Of a stretch of DNA of 44,281 bases, positions 9,325 through 18,179 are shown one piece after another. Origin of the DNA: Bacilli bacterium (lineage in GTDB: Bacteria; Bacillota_I; Bacilli_A; RFN20; CAG-826). Under the pieces are notes generated by a model. The model had not been told where the DNA came from. It saw only the letters and a program-made list of their open reading frames with translations, and searched no databases. The number at the start of each line of letters is the position of its first letter. Position 1 is the stretch's first letter. The stretch covers positions 1-44,281 of the forward strand of contig JAZLFE010000065.1 of assembly GCA_045615605.1 (NCBI GenBank), in the 5' to 3' direction. Made by a program: the position numbers and the translations under genes.

Positions 9325-11517
9325 TTAAATGTTGAAAGCAGGTGCCATTTGAAGATTGTGATATTGATCTCTAGGCGCAAAAGCAGGCATACTACCACCA
9401 TCATCAGAAATAACGGTAAGATTGGTATTATTATCAAAACTAGAATATTCCATGATATTCGTATAATACATATTATCGTCGCTATTAAGATTGCTTTTAA
9501 CATTACGCTTTTTTCGCGATGAATTATTGGTATAATAATCAAATTTTTTATCATCAGAAAATCCACCAGTTCCAGAAGCATTTAATTCTTTATTTGAAGG
9601 GATATAATATTGAGCCGCATGCTCATAGTGATGATGATATTCGTCGTATATCCTCTTACGAACTGTTTTAGTGTTATTTAATAAATCCTCAGGAACCATT
9701 TGTAAAAATTCACCTTCTAAAAATTCAGCTATTTTAGATTCATCGTATCTTACAAAAAAATCATGATCAATAATATCCCATTTTTTTGTAAAAACTCTAT
9801 CATTTACTTTAGTTATTAAATCTGCAAAATCAAACGTAATACCAGCTTTCTTTCCTTCAGGATCACCATCTAAAGTATCGTGATAATAACTTACTACTCT
9901 AATTCTATGCGGGAACGGTTGAAGCTCACCATCCTCAGATAAATAAATATTTTTAGTAGTTCCAATTGGGAAATAATCTCTTAATCTATCTTCCGGTAAT
10001 TTTGATATACAACCTATTGCATTAAAAGAGCAATCTTCTAATAAACGTTTTTCTAAGCATCCTTCAGTAAGTTTAAAGTTAACAACACTTTCAACTCCCT
10101 TTAAATTAATAAGGAATTTAGCGTTCTCTGCTCCATCTTTAAAAGAAATATTTTGAATAGGAACATTATTTTCATCAGTTATACAATAATTATCTAAATT
10201 AGTAGCTTTATAAGAACAATAGTCATTAACCTTTACATCCACTTGAACAAAATAATCAATTTTATCGTCATTAGGAACTTTTATTTCAACTTCATCTTCT
10301 GTTCTATCTAACGGAGTATTTTTAACATATACATCAAAATCTTGTTCATAAGCGTCTTTAGCAGAAAAAATGAATTTAACTGTTTTAGTTAATTCTGGAT
10401 TAGCAAGAATATTTAAAACAATATCGCCATCAATATTACCAATAGTGATATTAAATGATCCATCATCTTGTTTTTCAAAGTCAAAATCAGTTATTACTTT
10501 ATTATCAATATGTAACAAAACATCATCTTTTTTTATTGAATATTTGTCTTCTAATTTAAAATTGAGTTTTATTTTTCCTTTGTCTAAATTTTCTATCTTT
10601 ATCACTCCATTATAAGTATTTGCGTATTCACTCATAATGCCTTCATTTAAAATTTTAAATGTACCACCATTAGATATAATAGAGGTCTTATATCCTCTAT
10701 GAGAAGGATTAGGATCATTAATAACGATATCAGAATAAATATCATTAATAGTTAAAACACCGCTTCTATAGGTAATTATACTATCTCCAATATCATCTAG
10801 ACCTAATTCTTCTAATGTAGGAATATCATAATTTTCTAAAGGTTTTATGTAATAAGTTTTATCTACTTCTCCAGCCTTAAACGTCTCTATAAGATTAGAC
10901 TTACCATCAATTAATAATTTTCCTTCCCCATTAAACTCGAATTTATAAGTTTGAACATGATGAGCATCTAAACTAATTTGGTAATCATGATTCATATTTT
11001 CAATAGTGATAACAGCATAATTAAGATTCTCACCTAATTCATACTTAATACCCTTATAAGAATATTCAGGAAGGTCATAATCAGGATTAGTAGCGGTAAC
11101 TAAAAATTTAACATTGGTCGCTCCAATAGGAACTCTTTGTGAAAATTCAAATTGTCCGTTAATGGAACAAGTTTTATAAGGACTCTTAAATGAGAAAGTG
11201 TAATAATTTTTCTTCCAATTAGCATATAATTTTGTATCTTCTCTTATAGGATAATTAGTGAAATCAAATGGTTCGCCTTTACATTCAGAATCTAAATACC
11301 AATCATCAAATTTATAGTCCTGCTTAATTGGTCTTAAAGGAGCGGTAGCAAATTCATTATCTAATACTTTTTGTGCTGGAACAAAACTTCCTCCATTAGT
11401 ATTAAATGACACAACGTGGTAGTTATTCTCTTTACCTTCACTAACAAAAGTATCTTTAGTAGAACATCCAATTAAAGAGAAGAGAGACAATGATAATAAA
11501 ATTAAACTTTTCTTCAT
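9325..11517 (-). CDS. Large surface lipoprotein with one Listeria-Bacteroides repeat (Flg_new) and an extra C-terminal domain
   Basis: Signal peptide plus lipobox MKKSLILLSLSLFSLIGC. VSFNTNGGSFVP...YKFDDWYLD...KLYANW matches the Listeria-Bacteroides repeat consensus. GGAGG RBS lies inside the end of the upstream gene. Confidence 0.8.
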   Translation of the reverse strand: MKKSLILLSLSLFSLIGCSTKDTFVSEGKENNYHVVSFNTNGGSFVPAQKVLDNEFATAPLRPIKQDYKFDDWYLDSECKGEPFDFTNYPIREDTKLYANWKKNYYTFSFKSPYKTCSINGQFEFSQRVPIGATNVKFLVTATNPDYDLPEYSYKGIKYELGENLNYAVITIENMNHDYQISLDAHHVQTYKFEFNGEGKLLIDGKSNLIETFKAGEVDKTYYIKPLENYDIPTLEELGLDDIGDSIITYRSGVLTINDIYSDIVINDPNPSHRGYKTSIISNGGTFKILNEGIMSEYANTYNGVIKIENLDKGKIKLNFKLEDKYSIKKDDVLLHIDNKVITDFDFEKQDDGSFNITIGNIDGDIVLNILANPELTKTVKFIFSAKDAYEQDFDVYVKNTPLDRTEDEVEIKVPNDDKIDYFVQVDVKVNDYCSYKATNLDNYCITDENNVPIQNISFKDGAENAKFLINLKGVESVVNFKLTEGCLEKRLLEDCSFNAIGCISKLPEDRLRDYFPIGTTKNIYLSEDGELQPFPHRIRVVSYYHDTLDGDPEGKKAGITFDFADLITKVNDRVFTKKWDIIDHDFFVRYDESKIAEFLEGEFLQMVPEDLLNNTKTVRKRIYDEYHHHYEHAAQYYIPSNKELNASGTGGFSDDKKFDYYTNNSSRKKRNVKSNLNSDDNMYYTNIMEYSSFDNNTNLTVISDDGGSMPAFAPRDQYHNLQMAPAFNI

Positions 11518-11519
11518 AA

Positions 11520-12971
11520 TTATTGTCCTCCATATCTAACTATAACCGAGTCTTGTTCATGAAGATGAATAAGTAAATCTGCAGTTACTTTATCTTCTCT
11601 TAGTTTCCAATGACATTCGACAGGTGAACCACTTTGGGCGAATGCAGTTAAAACCGTACTTTCCATTACGGATTGTTCTCCTATTACAACAAGATCAAGA
11701 ATATAGGGTTCAAATTCCGCTGAATAATCATAATAAAACTGTCTAGTATCTTTTACATCGATTACTTCACCATCAATCTTAAATGTATATTTATCCATAT
11801 CTTCTTGAGGGATATCAAACGAAATTAAAACAACGTTCTCAAACGGTTGAGGATCAAATACGAAAGCAGTATTACCTTTAATATCAAATTCAACATACAT
11901 AGGATCTAAATAATAATTATGAAAATTAAAATCATCTGATGGCTCACCATTAACAAAGCATTTTATTTCGCTTCTTTCTAAACCTGTAGCACCTTCATCA
12001 GTCTTTATATAAATTCTTGCCTTTTCACCTAAAGCATAGAATTTGTGTTCGGAATTATTAAAAATCTCATTATCAAAACTTCCAGTAGAATTTTTACAAT
12101 AATATGAAACTGAATATTCAATTGGAATAGGATCTCCTTCCGCAGTAATAATGATATTATTCTTTATACCATTTATTAATAAATTACCATTTTCTGGATC
12201 ATAACTTATCCAGGCGGGTAATGAACCTATAGGATAAGCACATTCAATTTTTTTAGGTAAATTATAATTAGGCGCAGCAGTTAATTCATATTTTAAACTT
12301 GAATTATATTCAAGAATTTCATAATGTGATGTATAACTACCGATTTTACAATTTTTTAATGAATATCCAAAAATACAATATTCAGTAGATTTAGCGTTAA
12401 CAATAACGTTGTAATCTTGATCTACATTATTAACTGTAAAAGTTAACTGAGCGACATGAGGTTCTAATCTTGTGTATGAGATATCTTTATTAGATACAGA
12501 AGCTTCTTCTGGAAGTACAAAAGAATCGTTTATTGTCGTAATTAAAAAAGTATAACTTTTTCCTTGTTCAACTGTATCCTCAATATAATACTCGTTATTA
12601 ATTTCACATCCATATCCTTCAAATCTAAAGGTAGTATGAGTTTTATGGTTTGGTATCCATTTAGCCGTAAAAATCGTGTCTTTAATTATCGGAGTTATAA
12701 AATCATATTTAGTAGGTAGCCAATTACAATACCAACCGCCAAAAGTATATTCTTCTCTATCATTTAATTTAGGTTCCTCTACTTTCTCGCCTTTTTTAAC
12801 AATATAAGAAGGATTAAAAGATTCATCCATAAAAGTTCCGCCATTAGGATTAAAATCTACAAGACAAAAAGTATCTTCTGGTGGTTCAGGAGGATTATCT
12901 TCTCCACCACCACATCCAATTAAAGTAGATAAGCAAATTAAAGGAGCTATTAAGAAGACTAATTTTTTCAT
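11520..12971 (-). CDS. Surface lipoprotein, paralog of the downstream gene, with one Listeria-Bacteroides repeat
   Basis: I prefer ATG 12971 (MKKLVFLIAPLICLSTLIGCGGG, classic lipobox) over the track start at 13007, which adds MEHDIIIYVYIY. VDFNPNGGTF...YTFGGWYCN...IFTAKW is the repeat. Confidence 0.75.
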   Translation of the reverse strand: MKKLVFLIAPLICLSTLIGCGGGEDNPPEPPEDTFCLVDFNPNGGTFMDESFNPSYIVKKGEKVEEPKLNDREEYTFGGWYCNWLPTKYDFITPIIKDTIFTAKWIPNHKTHTTFRFEGYGCEINNEYYIEDTVEQGKSYTFLITTINDSFVLPEEASVSNKDISYTRLEPHVAQLTFTVNNVDQDYNVIVNAKSTEYCIFGYSLKNCKIGSYTSHYEILEYNSSLKYELTAAPNYNLPKKIECAYPIGSLPAWISYDPENGNLLINGIKNNIIITAEGDPIPIEYSVSYYCKNSTGSFDNEIFNNSEHKFYALGEKARIYIKTDEGATGLERSEIKCFVNGEPSDDFNFHNYYLDPMYVEFDIKGNTAFVFDPQPFENVVLISFDIPQEDMDKYTFKIDGEVIDVKDTRQFYYDYSAEFEPYILDLVVIGEQSVMESTVLTAFAQSGSPVECHWKLREDKVTADLLIHLHEQDSVIVRYGGQ

Positions 12972-13207
12972 ATAAATATATACATAAATTATAATATCAT
13001 GTTCCATTGGATTTTAAACAAAAATATAAAGTTCCAACGATAAATTATTTTCCTTCTAAAAGCGTGAGTTAATTCCTGCTTTATTTATATTATCAAATTT
13101 TGCTTTGGTGCCAACTAAGGGAAAATTTGAACAATAGTAATTTTTTAAGATGTTTTTAACTTTTTATAAACATCTATAAAATTTTATAGTTTTTAAAACT
13201 TTTTTAA

Positions 13208-13654
13208 TTAAAGTTTCTCATCTAAATCTACTTTTGAATTCTTAGTTCCTAACTTAATAGCGAAAGGAAGATTTAAGATTACAATCAAAACACAAAATAC
13301 GACATTTAATATCCAACCTATTTTTACTTGTTTTGTGTAATAATTTGTAAAGAAAAGTAAATGTAAAGCGAAGATAGTTAAATAAATAAAACTACTAAAT
13401 AAAGAAAACTTTGGACTTTTTTTAGTATGATTAGTTTGAGTAGCTAAACATATGATACCGACGACATTAAGGATGATACCTAAAATAGTAAAGATTTTAG
13501 CAGCATTAAAATCGGCTCCTTTTATCGTTATTAGACCATAACCGTTTACATTGTTAGAAATATCGGCACAATAATCTAATGCCAATCCAACAAAATAAAA
13601 TAATGCTAAAACAATGCTAATCGCACTTGCTACTAAATAATGCTTTCTTTTCAT
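13208..13654 (-). CDS. Small integral membrane protein (about 4 TM), unknown function
   Basis: 148 aa with four hydrophobic stretches. No family recognised. Confidence 0.6.
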   Translation of the reverse strand: MKRKHYLVASAISIVLALFYFVGLALDYCADISNNVNGYGLITIKGADFNAAKIFTILGIILNVVGIICLATQTNHTKKSPKFSLFSSFIYLTIFALHLLFFTNYYTKQVKIGWILNVVFCVLIVILNLPFAIKLGTKNSKVDLDEKL

Positions 13655-13909
13655 ATTAGAACCCTTCTCTATATTTTATCTTATCATATTTGCTATTATG
13701 AGTTTGTTTTTACCAGTCTTTCAAAGGTATTCGCTATGTCAGATTTATATAAATGCAGTTTAGATAAATTGATTAAACGGAAATAAATTATATTTTTCTA
13801 ATATGTAAAATGATAACAACAATCGTAAATAATTAGCAAAGTTATATATTTAAATACTTATTAAAAAAGTTGCGCTTTTAAAATTGAGACTTCTAAACTA
13901 AATAAATTA

Positions 13910-14489
13910 CTACTCTAGTACATATGTAATATCATATGAAACAACGCCACCAGTCGTCTTTTCATAATCATAATGCGTTATAACCATTTCATTATTAACT
14001 GTATATTTTTCAACAATATCATTGTCTAGAGTGCGCCAAACTGAATATTTGTCCCCAGAAATATAATAACTAGCATCTTTAAGCATTGTTCCTATAGCTT
14101 GCTCACACATTTGTACCATAGCGGGGTTTAATATTACATCGAACGCAGGTACATCTTCAAGATCATCATAAACAAAATAAGAAAAACCGCTTTCATCAAC
14201 ATAAATACTTGAAATTTTATGTTTAAAATCTTTTGATTCATTGCTCTTCGCCAGTTGATAATGGCCAACATATTTTTCTTTTATAACATCGGGTTTATAT
14301 AATCTCGTTACAGCCTGTAAAAACGTTTCGTAGCTTACCTTTCCTGAAGGTTCTGGTGATTTAGGTTTTAAAGCATAGTAAATGCCCACGCTCGCTCCAG
14401 CGACAGCACCCGCTCCTAAAATGCATCCTAAGATAATGAAGAGTTTCTTTTTCTTCTTCGTTAGTAGTGTTTAAATGTTTTTCAGACAT
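13910..14489 (-). pseudogene. Frameshifted (possibly phase-variable) single-pass membrane or surface protein gene
   Basis: ATG 14489 with AAGGAG 7 nt upstream opens a frame that encodes only MSEKHLNTTNEEEK before it loses sense. The 159-aa track ORF (13910-14389, GTG) is open upstream to 14470 in the +1 frame, reading TKKKKKLFIILGCILGAGAVAGASVGIYY. The two frames meet at an A5 run (T5 at 14448-14452 on the plus strand). Confidence 0.55.
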
Positions 14490-14521
14490 AAATAATCTCC
14501 TTGTCTTTATATTTTTATTTT

Positions 14522-14551
14522 CTTATAAGAGAGAGAGAGAGAGAGAGTCAA
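14522..14551 (-). promoter_or_regulatory. Sigma-70-like promoter whose spacer is a CT dinucleotide repeat
   Basis: The minus strand reads TTGACT (14551-14546), then 18 nt of CTCT... (14545-14528), then TATAAG (14527-14522), then a 32-nt leader with AAGGAG, then ATG 14489. Confidence 0.5.
14528..14547. repeat. (AG)10 / (CT)10 perfect dinucleotide microsatellite
   Basis: Read directly from the sequence: agagagagagagagagagag. Confidence 0.95.
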
Positions 14552-14573
14552 TGTTTATTTAATCTACTAAAAT

Positions 14574-14601
14574 CGCCCCCACTTTTATGCGGGGGCGTTT
14601 T
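14574..14601 (-). terminator. Second hairpin downstream of tRNA-Thr (cgccccc / gggggcg)
   Basis: 7-bp GC stem at 14574-14580 and 14591-14597 with a 10-nt loop. T runs on the plus-strand side and ATTTT on the minus-strand side. Confidence 0.5.
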
Positions 14602-14671
14602 AAGCAAAAAATCCTTGAAAAGTGTTTATTTCATCGAGAGTTTCGGTCTCTCCCCCACTTTTAACTAAAAA

Positions 14672-14691
14672 AACGGGGCGAATTCCCCGTT
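14672..14691 (-). terminator. Rho-independent terminator after tRNA-Thr, bidirectional in shape
   Basis: Stem aacgggg (14672-14678) and ccccgtt (14685-14691) with a 6-nt loop. The minus strand reads aaaacggggaattcgccccgttttttt. Confidence 0.7.
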
Positions 14692-14723
14692 TTGCTATAT
14701 ATCATCAAATGTTTCGCAAAATA

Positions 14724-14799
14724 TGGTGCCGACTAAGGGACTCGAACCTTCAACCTACTGATTACGATTCAGTTGCTCTACCAATTGAGCTAAGTCGGC
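14724..14799 (-). tRNA. tRNA-Thr (anticodon CGU), CCA encoded
   Basis: The reverse complement GCCGACTTAGCTCAATTGGTAGAGCAACTGAATCGTAATCAGTAGGTTGAAGGTTCGAGTCCCTTAGTCGGCACCA folds as a cloverleaf. It has a 7-bp acceptor stem, anticodon stem ACTGA/TCAGT, loop ATCGTAA and T-loop GTTCGAG. Confidence 0.95.
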
Positions 14800-14819
14800 A
14801 TGATTTATATCATAAGTAT

Positions 14820-17489
14820 TTATTTACGATTACGCAACTTAATAAATAGTAATCTAAACTCATGATAAATAAGAGGTAATAACGCTAATGAAATAGCGCT
14901 TATCCATAATTTAAAATCAAGCGCTGCTGTTTTAAATACAGTATTTACTCCAGGAGTCATTACAACAAATACTTGTAAGGCAATACCTATAATTAATGCA
15001 ACATACATTAATTTATTCTTTTTCTTGAAGATATTAATGATTGATGCATTCTCATCACTCATACCAATCATATGGAATAATTCAGAGAACGCTAAAGTAG
15101 TAAAAGCCATCGTTTGTGCTTGCATAAAAATGCGCGAATTATTTTCGTAAAAATAAGCAATATCACTAGCGCCCTTCATCCATCCTGGAATGAAATAGGC
15201 AATAATCGTAGCAAGAGTAATTAATCCACCATATAGTAATGTTTTATTAATACCACCATTAGATAAGAAAGAACTATTCTTATCTCTTGGTTTTTCACTC
15301 ATTACGTTTCTATCTTTAGGATCAATACCTAATGCAATAGCAGGAGTAGAATCGGTAATTAAATTAATCCAAAGTAAATGAACCGCTGCAAATGGAGCAG
15401 GCATACCAATTACAATAAGCGCAAACATAGTAAGTACTTCAGCGATATTACTAGATAATAAGAATAAGACGGTCTTTTTAATATTATTAAAGATACCTCT
15501 ACCCTCTTCTACAGCTTTTTCAATAGAAGCAAAATTATCATCCATTAAAACCATATCACTTGCGTCTTTCGCTACATCAGTACCAGTAATTCCCATCGCA
15601 ATTCCAATATCAGCAACTTTTAAACTTGGAGCATCATTTACTCCATCTCCAGTCATAGCAACAGTTAAGTCACTAGCTTTTATCGCTTTAACAATATCTA
15701 CTTTATTTTGTGGACTTACTCTAGCGAATACACTAGTAGTCTTTACTTTCTCTTTTAATTGTTCGGGAGTTAATTTATCGATATCTACCCCACTCATGCA
15801 CTCATTATCATTACTGGCAATATCTAATTTCTTGGCGATTGCTAAAGCAGTATCTAAATAATCGCCAGTAATCATAATGGTTCTAATACCAGCGTTCTTT
15901 AATTTATTAACCGCATCTTTAACTTCATCTCGAGGTGGATCTATCATTGCGACTAATCCAACAAAAATTAAATCTTCTTCTTTAATAATAGAGTTATTTG
16001 AATACGCTAAAGCTAATACACGAAGTGCATTAGAAGCATATTGTTTATTAATAATATTAATGTTTTTAATATCTTCTTTAGTTATCTCTCTTACTTCGTT
16101 ATTAATAAAGATATATTTAGAATGTTTAAGGATAGAGTCTAATGCACCTTTAGTGTATACAACTTTATCATGACGAGTAGACATCATCTTACGAACACTA
16201 TCAAATGGTAATTCATCTAAGCGAGGAGATTCTTTTTCTAATTTAGTTTTATCTAATCCTAGTTTAGAGGCAAAACTTACTAACGCTATTTCAGTAGGAT
16301 CACCGAATGTTAGTGTAGCGTCACTACATAAACATAATCCTTTCGCGAGTAATTCTAATTCATTATTAAACGATTCATAGTTCTTATTATTAAAATAAGC
16401 TTCCACTACCGTCATCTTATTTTGAGTTAAGGTCCCTGTTTTATCAGAGCAGACAACATTAACACTACCAAGTGTTTCAACACTAGGTAGTTTTCTAATT
16501 ATTGTATTAGCCTTAACCATACGCATTACGCCTAAGGCTAATACAATAGTAACAACTGCTACTAGTCCTTCTGGAATTGCCGCAACTGCTAATGCAATTG
16601 AAGAAAGTACTGCATCAATCCATTGTTGAGCAATACCTTGCTGGCCTCTAATAAATATCCAAGTAAAGTCTGCGATAAAGACTAATATAACAATTATTAA
16701 AGTAAGAATGCCAAGGGATTTAGATAACTTTGCTAATACTTTTTGTAATGGAGTTAAATCATCTTCTTCTTTAATTAATGAACTAGCGATTTTACCTATT
16801 TCAGTATCCATTCCAATTGAGGTTACGATTGCTACTCCACGACCATAAGAAACAATCGTAGAAGAATGTACCATATTAACTCTATCTCCAATAGGAGAAG
16901 CTTTACTTAAAACTATATTAGCGTCTTTTTTAACTGGTACTGATTCTCCTGTTAAAGAAGATTCATTCACTCTTAAATTATTCGACTTAATTAAGCGCAT
17001 ATCCGCAGGGACAATATCACCTTCCGATAAAATAACAACATCACCAATGGTTAATTTAGTGGAGGCAATTTTAACTATCTCTCCACCTCGAATAACATTA
17101 ACCATTGGAGATGATAATTTCTTAAGTGCTTCTAATGAAGATTGAGCCTTCTTCTCTTGGAAAGTACCGATTACTGAATTAAGAATAATAACCGCTAAAA
17201 TAATTAATATATCAGTCCAGCCATCGCTTTTAATTTCTTTAACAGCGTAATATATTTCTACTGCAGCAGTTACTCCAATCGCACCTAACAAAATATAGAT
17301 CATTGGATTTTTCATTTGTTCAAAGAAGATTCTTAAGGTAGATTTCTTTTTGCCTTCGTTTAATTTATTTTCACCTAGTTTATTAAAACGAAGAGTCGCC
17401 TCTTCATTACTTAATCCGTTATTAATATCACTTTTAAGTTCGTTAACAGTATCGTTAACGCTTTTAGTTTCAAAACTACTAGGTATCAT
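14820..17489 (-). CDS. P-type cation-transporting ATPase, Ca2+-type (P2)
   Basis: Motifs DKTGTLT, TGES, MITGD and GDGVNDAP, with about 10 TM segments. The track start at 17525 is a TTG inside tdk. ATG 17489 ([10 protein letters not shown]...) lies 5 nt after the tdk stop and gives a normal N-terminus. Confidence 0.9.
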   Translation of the reverse strand: MIPSSFETKSVNDTVNELKSDINNGLSNEEATLRFNKLGENKLNEGKKKSTLRIFFEQMKNPMIYILLGAIGVTAAVEIYYAVKEIKSDGWTDILIILAVIILNSVIGTFQEKKAQSSLEALKKLSSPMVNVIRGGEIVKIASTKLTIGDVVILSEGDIVPADMRLIKSNNLRVNESSLTGESVPVKKDANIVLSKASPIGDRVNMVHSSTIVSYGRGVAIVTSIGMDTEIGKIASSLIKEEDDLTPLQKVLAKLSKSLGILTLIIVILVFIADFTWIFIRGQQGIAQQWIDAVLSSIALAVAAIPEGLVAVVTIVLALGVMRMVKANTIIRKLPSVETLGSVNVVCSDKTGTLTQNKMTVVEAYFNNKNYESFNNELELLAKGLCLCSDATLTFGDPTEIALVSFASKLGLDKTKLEKESPRLDELPFDSVRKMMSTRHDKVVYTKGALDSILKHSKYIFINNEVREITKEDIKNINIINKQYASNALRVLALAYSNNSIIKEEDLIFVGLVAMIDPPRDEVKDAVNKLKNAGIRTIMITGDYLDTALAIAKKLDIASNDNECMSGVDIDKLTPEQLKEKVKTTSVFARVSPQNKVDIVKAIKASDLTVAMTGDGVNDAPSLKVADIGIAMGITGTDVAKDASDMVLMDDNFASIEKAVEEGRGIFNNIKKTVLFLLSSNIAEVLTMFALIVIGMPAPFAAVHLLWINLITDSTPAIALGIDPKDRNVMSEKPRDKNSSFLSNGGINKTLLYGGLITLATIIAYFIPGWMKGASDIAYFYENNSRIFMQAQTMAFTTLAFSELFHMIGMSDENASIINIFKKKNKLMYVALIIGIALQVFVVMTPGVNTVFKTAALDFKLWISAISLALLPLIYHEFRLLFIKLRNRK

Positions 17490-17494
17490 TTTTA

Positions 17495-18073
17495 TTATTT
17501 CTTTACTTCGTGACAATGACGACAACGAGCTTCGTATTTCTCGCTTGCTCCTACTATTACTATAGGATCTTTATAAGATACTGGTTCACCATTAACAAGT
17601 CTTTGAGTACGGGTAGCAGGCGCTCCACATTTAGCGCATATCGCAGTTAATTTAGTAACATCTTCTGCTCTAGCCATTAGTTCTGCTACTACTGCAAATG
17701 GTTCACCACGAAAGTCCATATCAAGTCCTGCAACAATTACTCTTCTTCCTTCATCCGCGAACTTCTCACATAAAGGAATTACACCCTTATCAATAAATTG
17801 AATCTCATCAATTACAACAACATCTACATCATAGGTCATGTATTTTAAGATATCTTTAGAAGATTTAATAGGAATTGCTTTGGATTTATTTTTAATATGG
17901 GATACTAATTCTTCTTTAGCGTAGCGATTATCAATCGCTGGTTTAAAAACAATATATTTCTTTTTAGCGTAATCAAGTCTTCTAATACGACGTAGTAATT
18001 CTTCGCTTTTACCAGCAAACATTGGTCCTACAATTACTTCAATTGAGCCTTTATTTTTAAATTCAAAATCCAT
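17495..18073 (-). CDS. tdk: Thymidine kinase
   Basis: 192 aa with P-loop GPMFAGKS and a C-terminal zinc ribbon CAKCG...CRHCH. Confidence 0.95.
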   Translation of the reverse strand: MDFEFKNKGSIEVIVGPMFAGKSEELLRRIRRLDYAKKKYIVFKPAIDNRYAKEELVSHIKNKSKAIPIKSSKDILKYMTYDVDVVVIDEIQFIDKGVIPLCEKFADEGRRVIVAGLDMDFRGEPFAVVAELMARAEDVTKLTAICAKCGAPATRTQRLVNGEPVSYKDPIVIVGASEKYEARCRHCHEVKK

Positions 18074-18138
18074 ATTAGTAGTTATTATATCATTTAAATG
18101 ATATATTTTTTAATTTCTATTTATTAAATAAAATCCTA

Positions 18139-18179
18139 TTTCCCAAAATTAAAAATTTTTCATTTTTGGGAAATGAGAT
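18139..18179. repeat. 41-bp direct repeat, copy A (contains a 10-bp-stem hairpin tttcccaaaa/ttttgggaaa)
   Basis: tttcccaaaattaaaaatttttcatttttgggaaatgagat matches 19378-19418 at 39 of 41 positions. It overlaps the last 9 codons plus the stop of the ATPase gene. Confidence 0.9.

Noticed and set aside
9303-9581. A 92-aa minus-strand ORF overlapping the 3' end of the 730-aa lipoprotein gene.
   Set aside because: It is an alternative frame of a convincingly coding region. The product is low-complexity and Ile/Leu-rich, and there is no independent start signal.
13736-13786. A small plus-strand ORF (MSDLYKCSLDKLIKRK) in the 13655-13909 intergenic region.
   Set aside because: It has 16 codons, no convincing RBS or promoter, and cannot be distinguished from noise.
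14622-14849. A 75-aa plus-strand ORF.
   Set aside because: It runs antisense straight through tRNA-Thr and both terminator hairpins, so it is an artefact.
17490-17525. Longest-ORF starts given by the track: TTG 17525 for the ATPase, GTG 33078 for RNase J, TTG 38894 for the HAD gene and ATG 13007 for the lipoprotein.
   Set aside because: These extensions use rare start codons or add non-homologous N-termini. Downstream ATGs at 17489, 33090, 38906 and 12971 give canonical N-termini (a signal peptide, or conserved protein starts) and better RBS placement.
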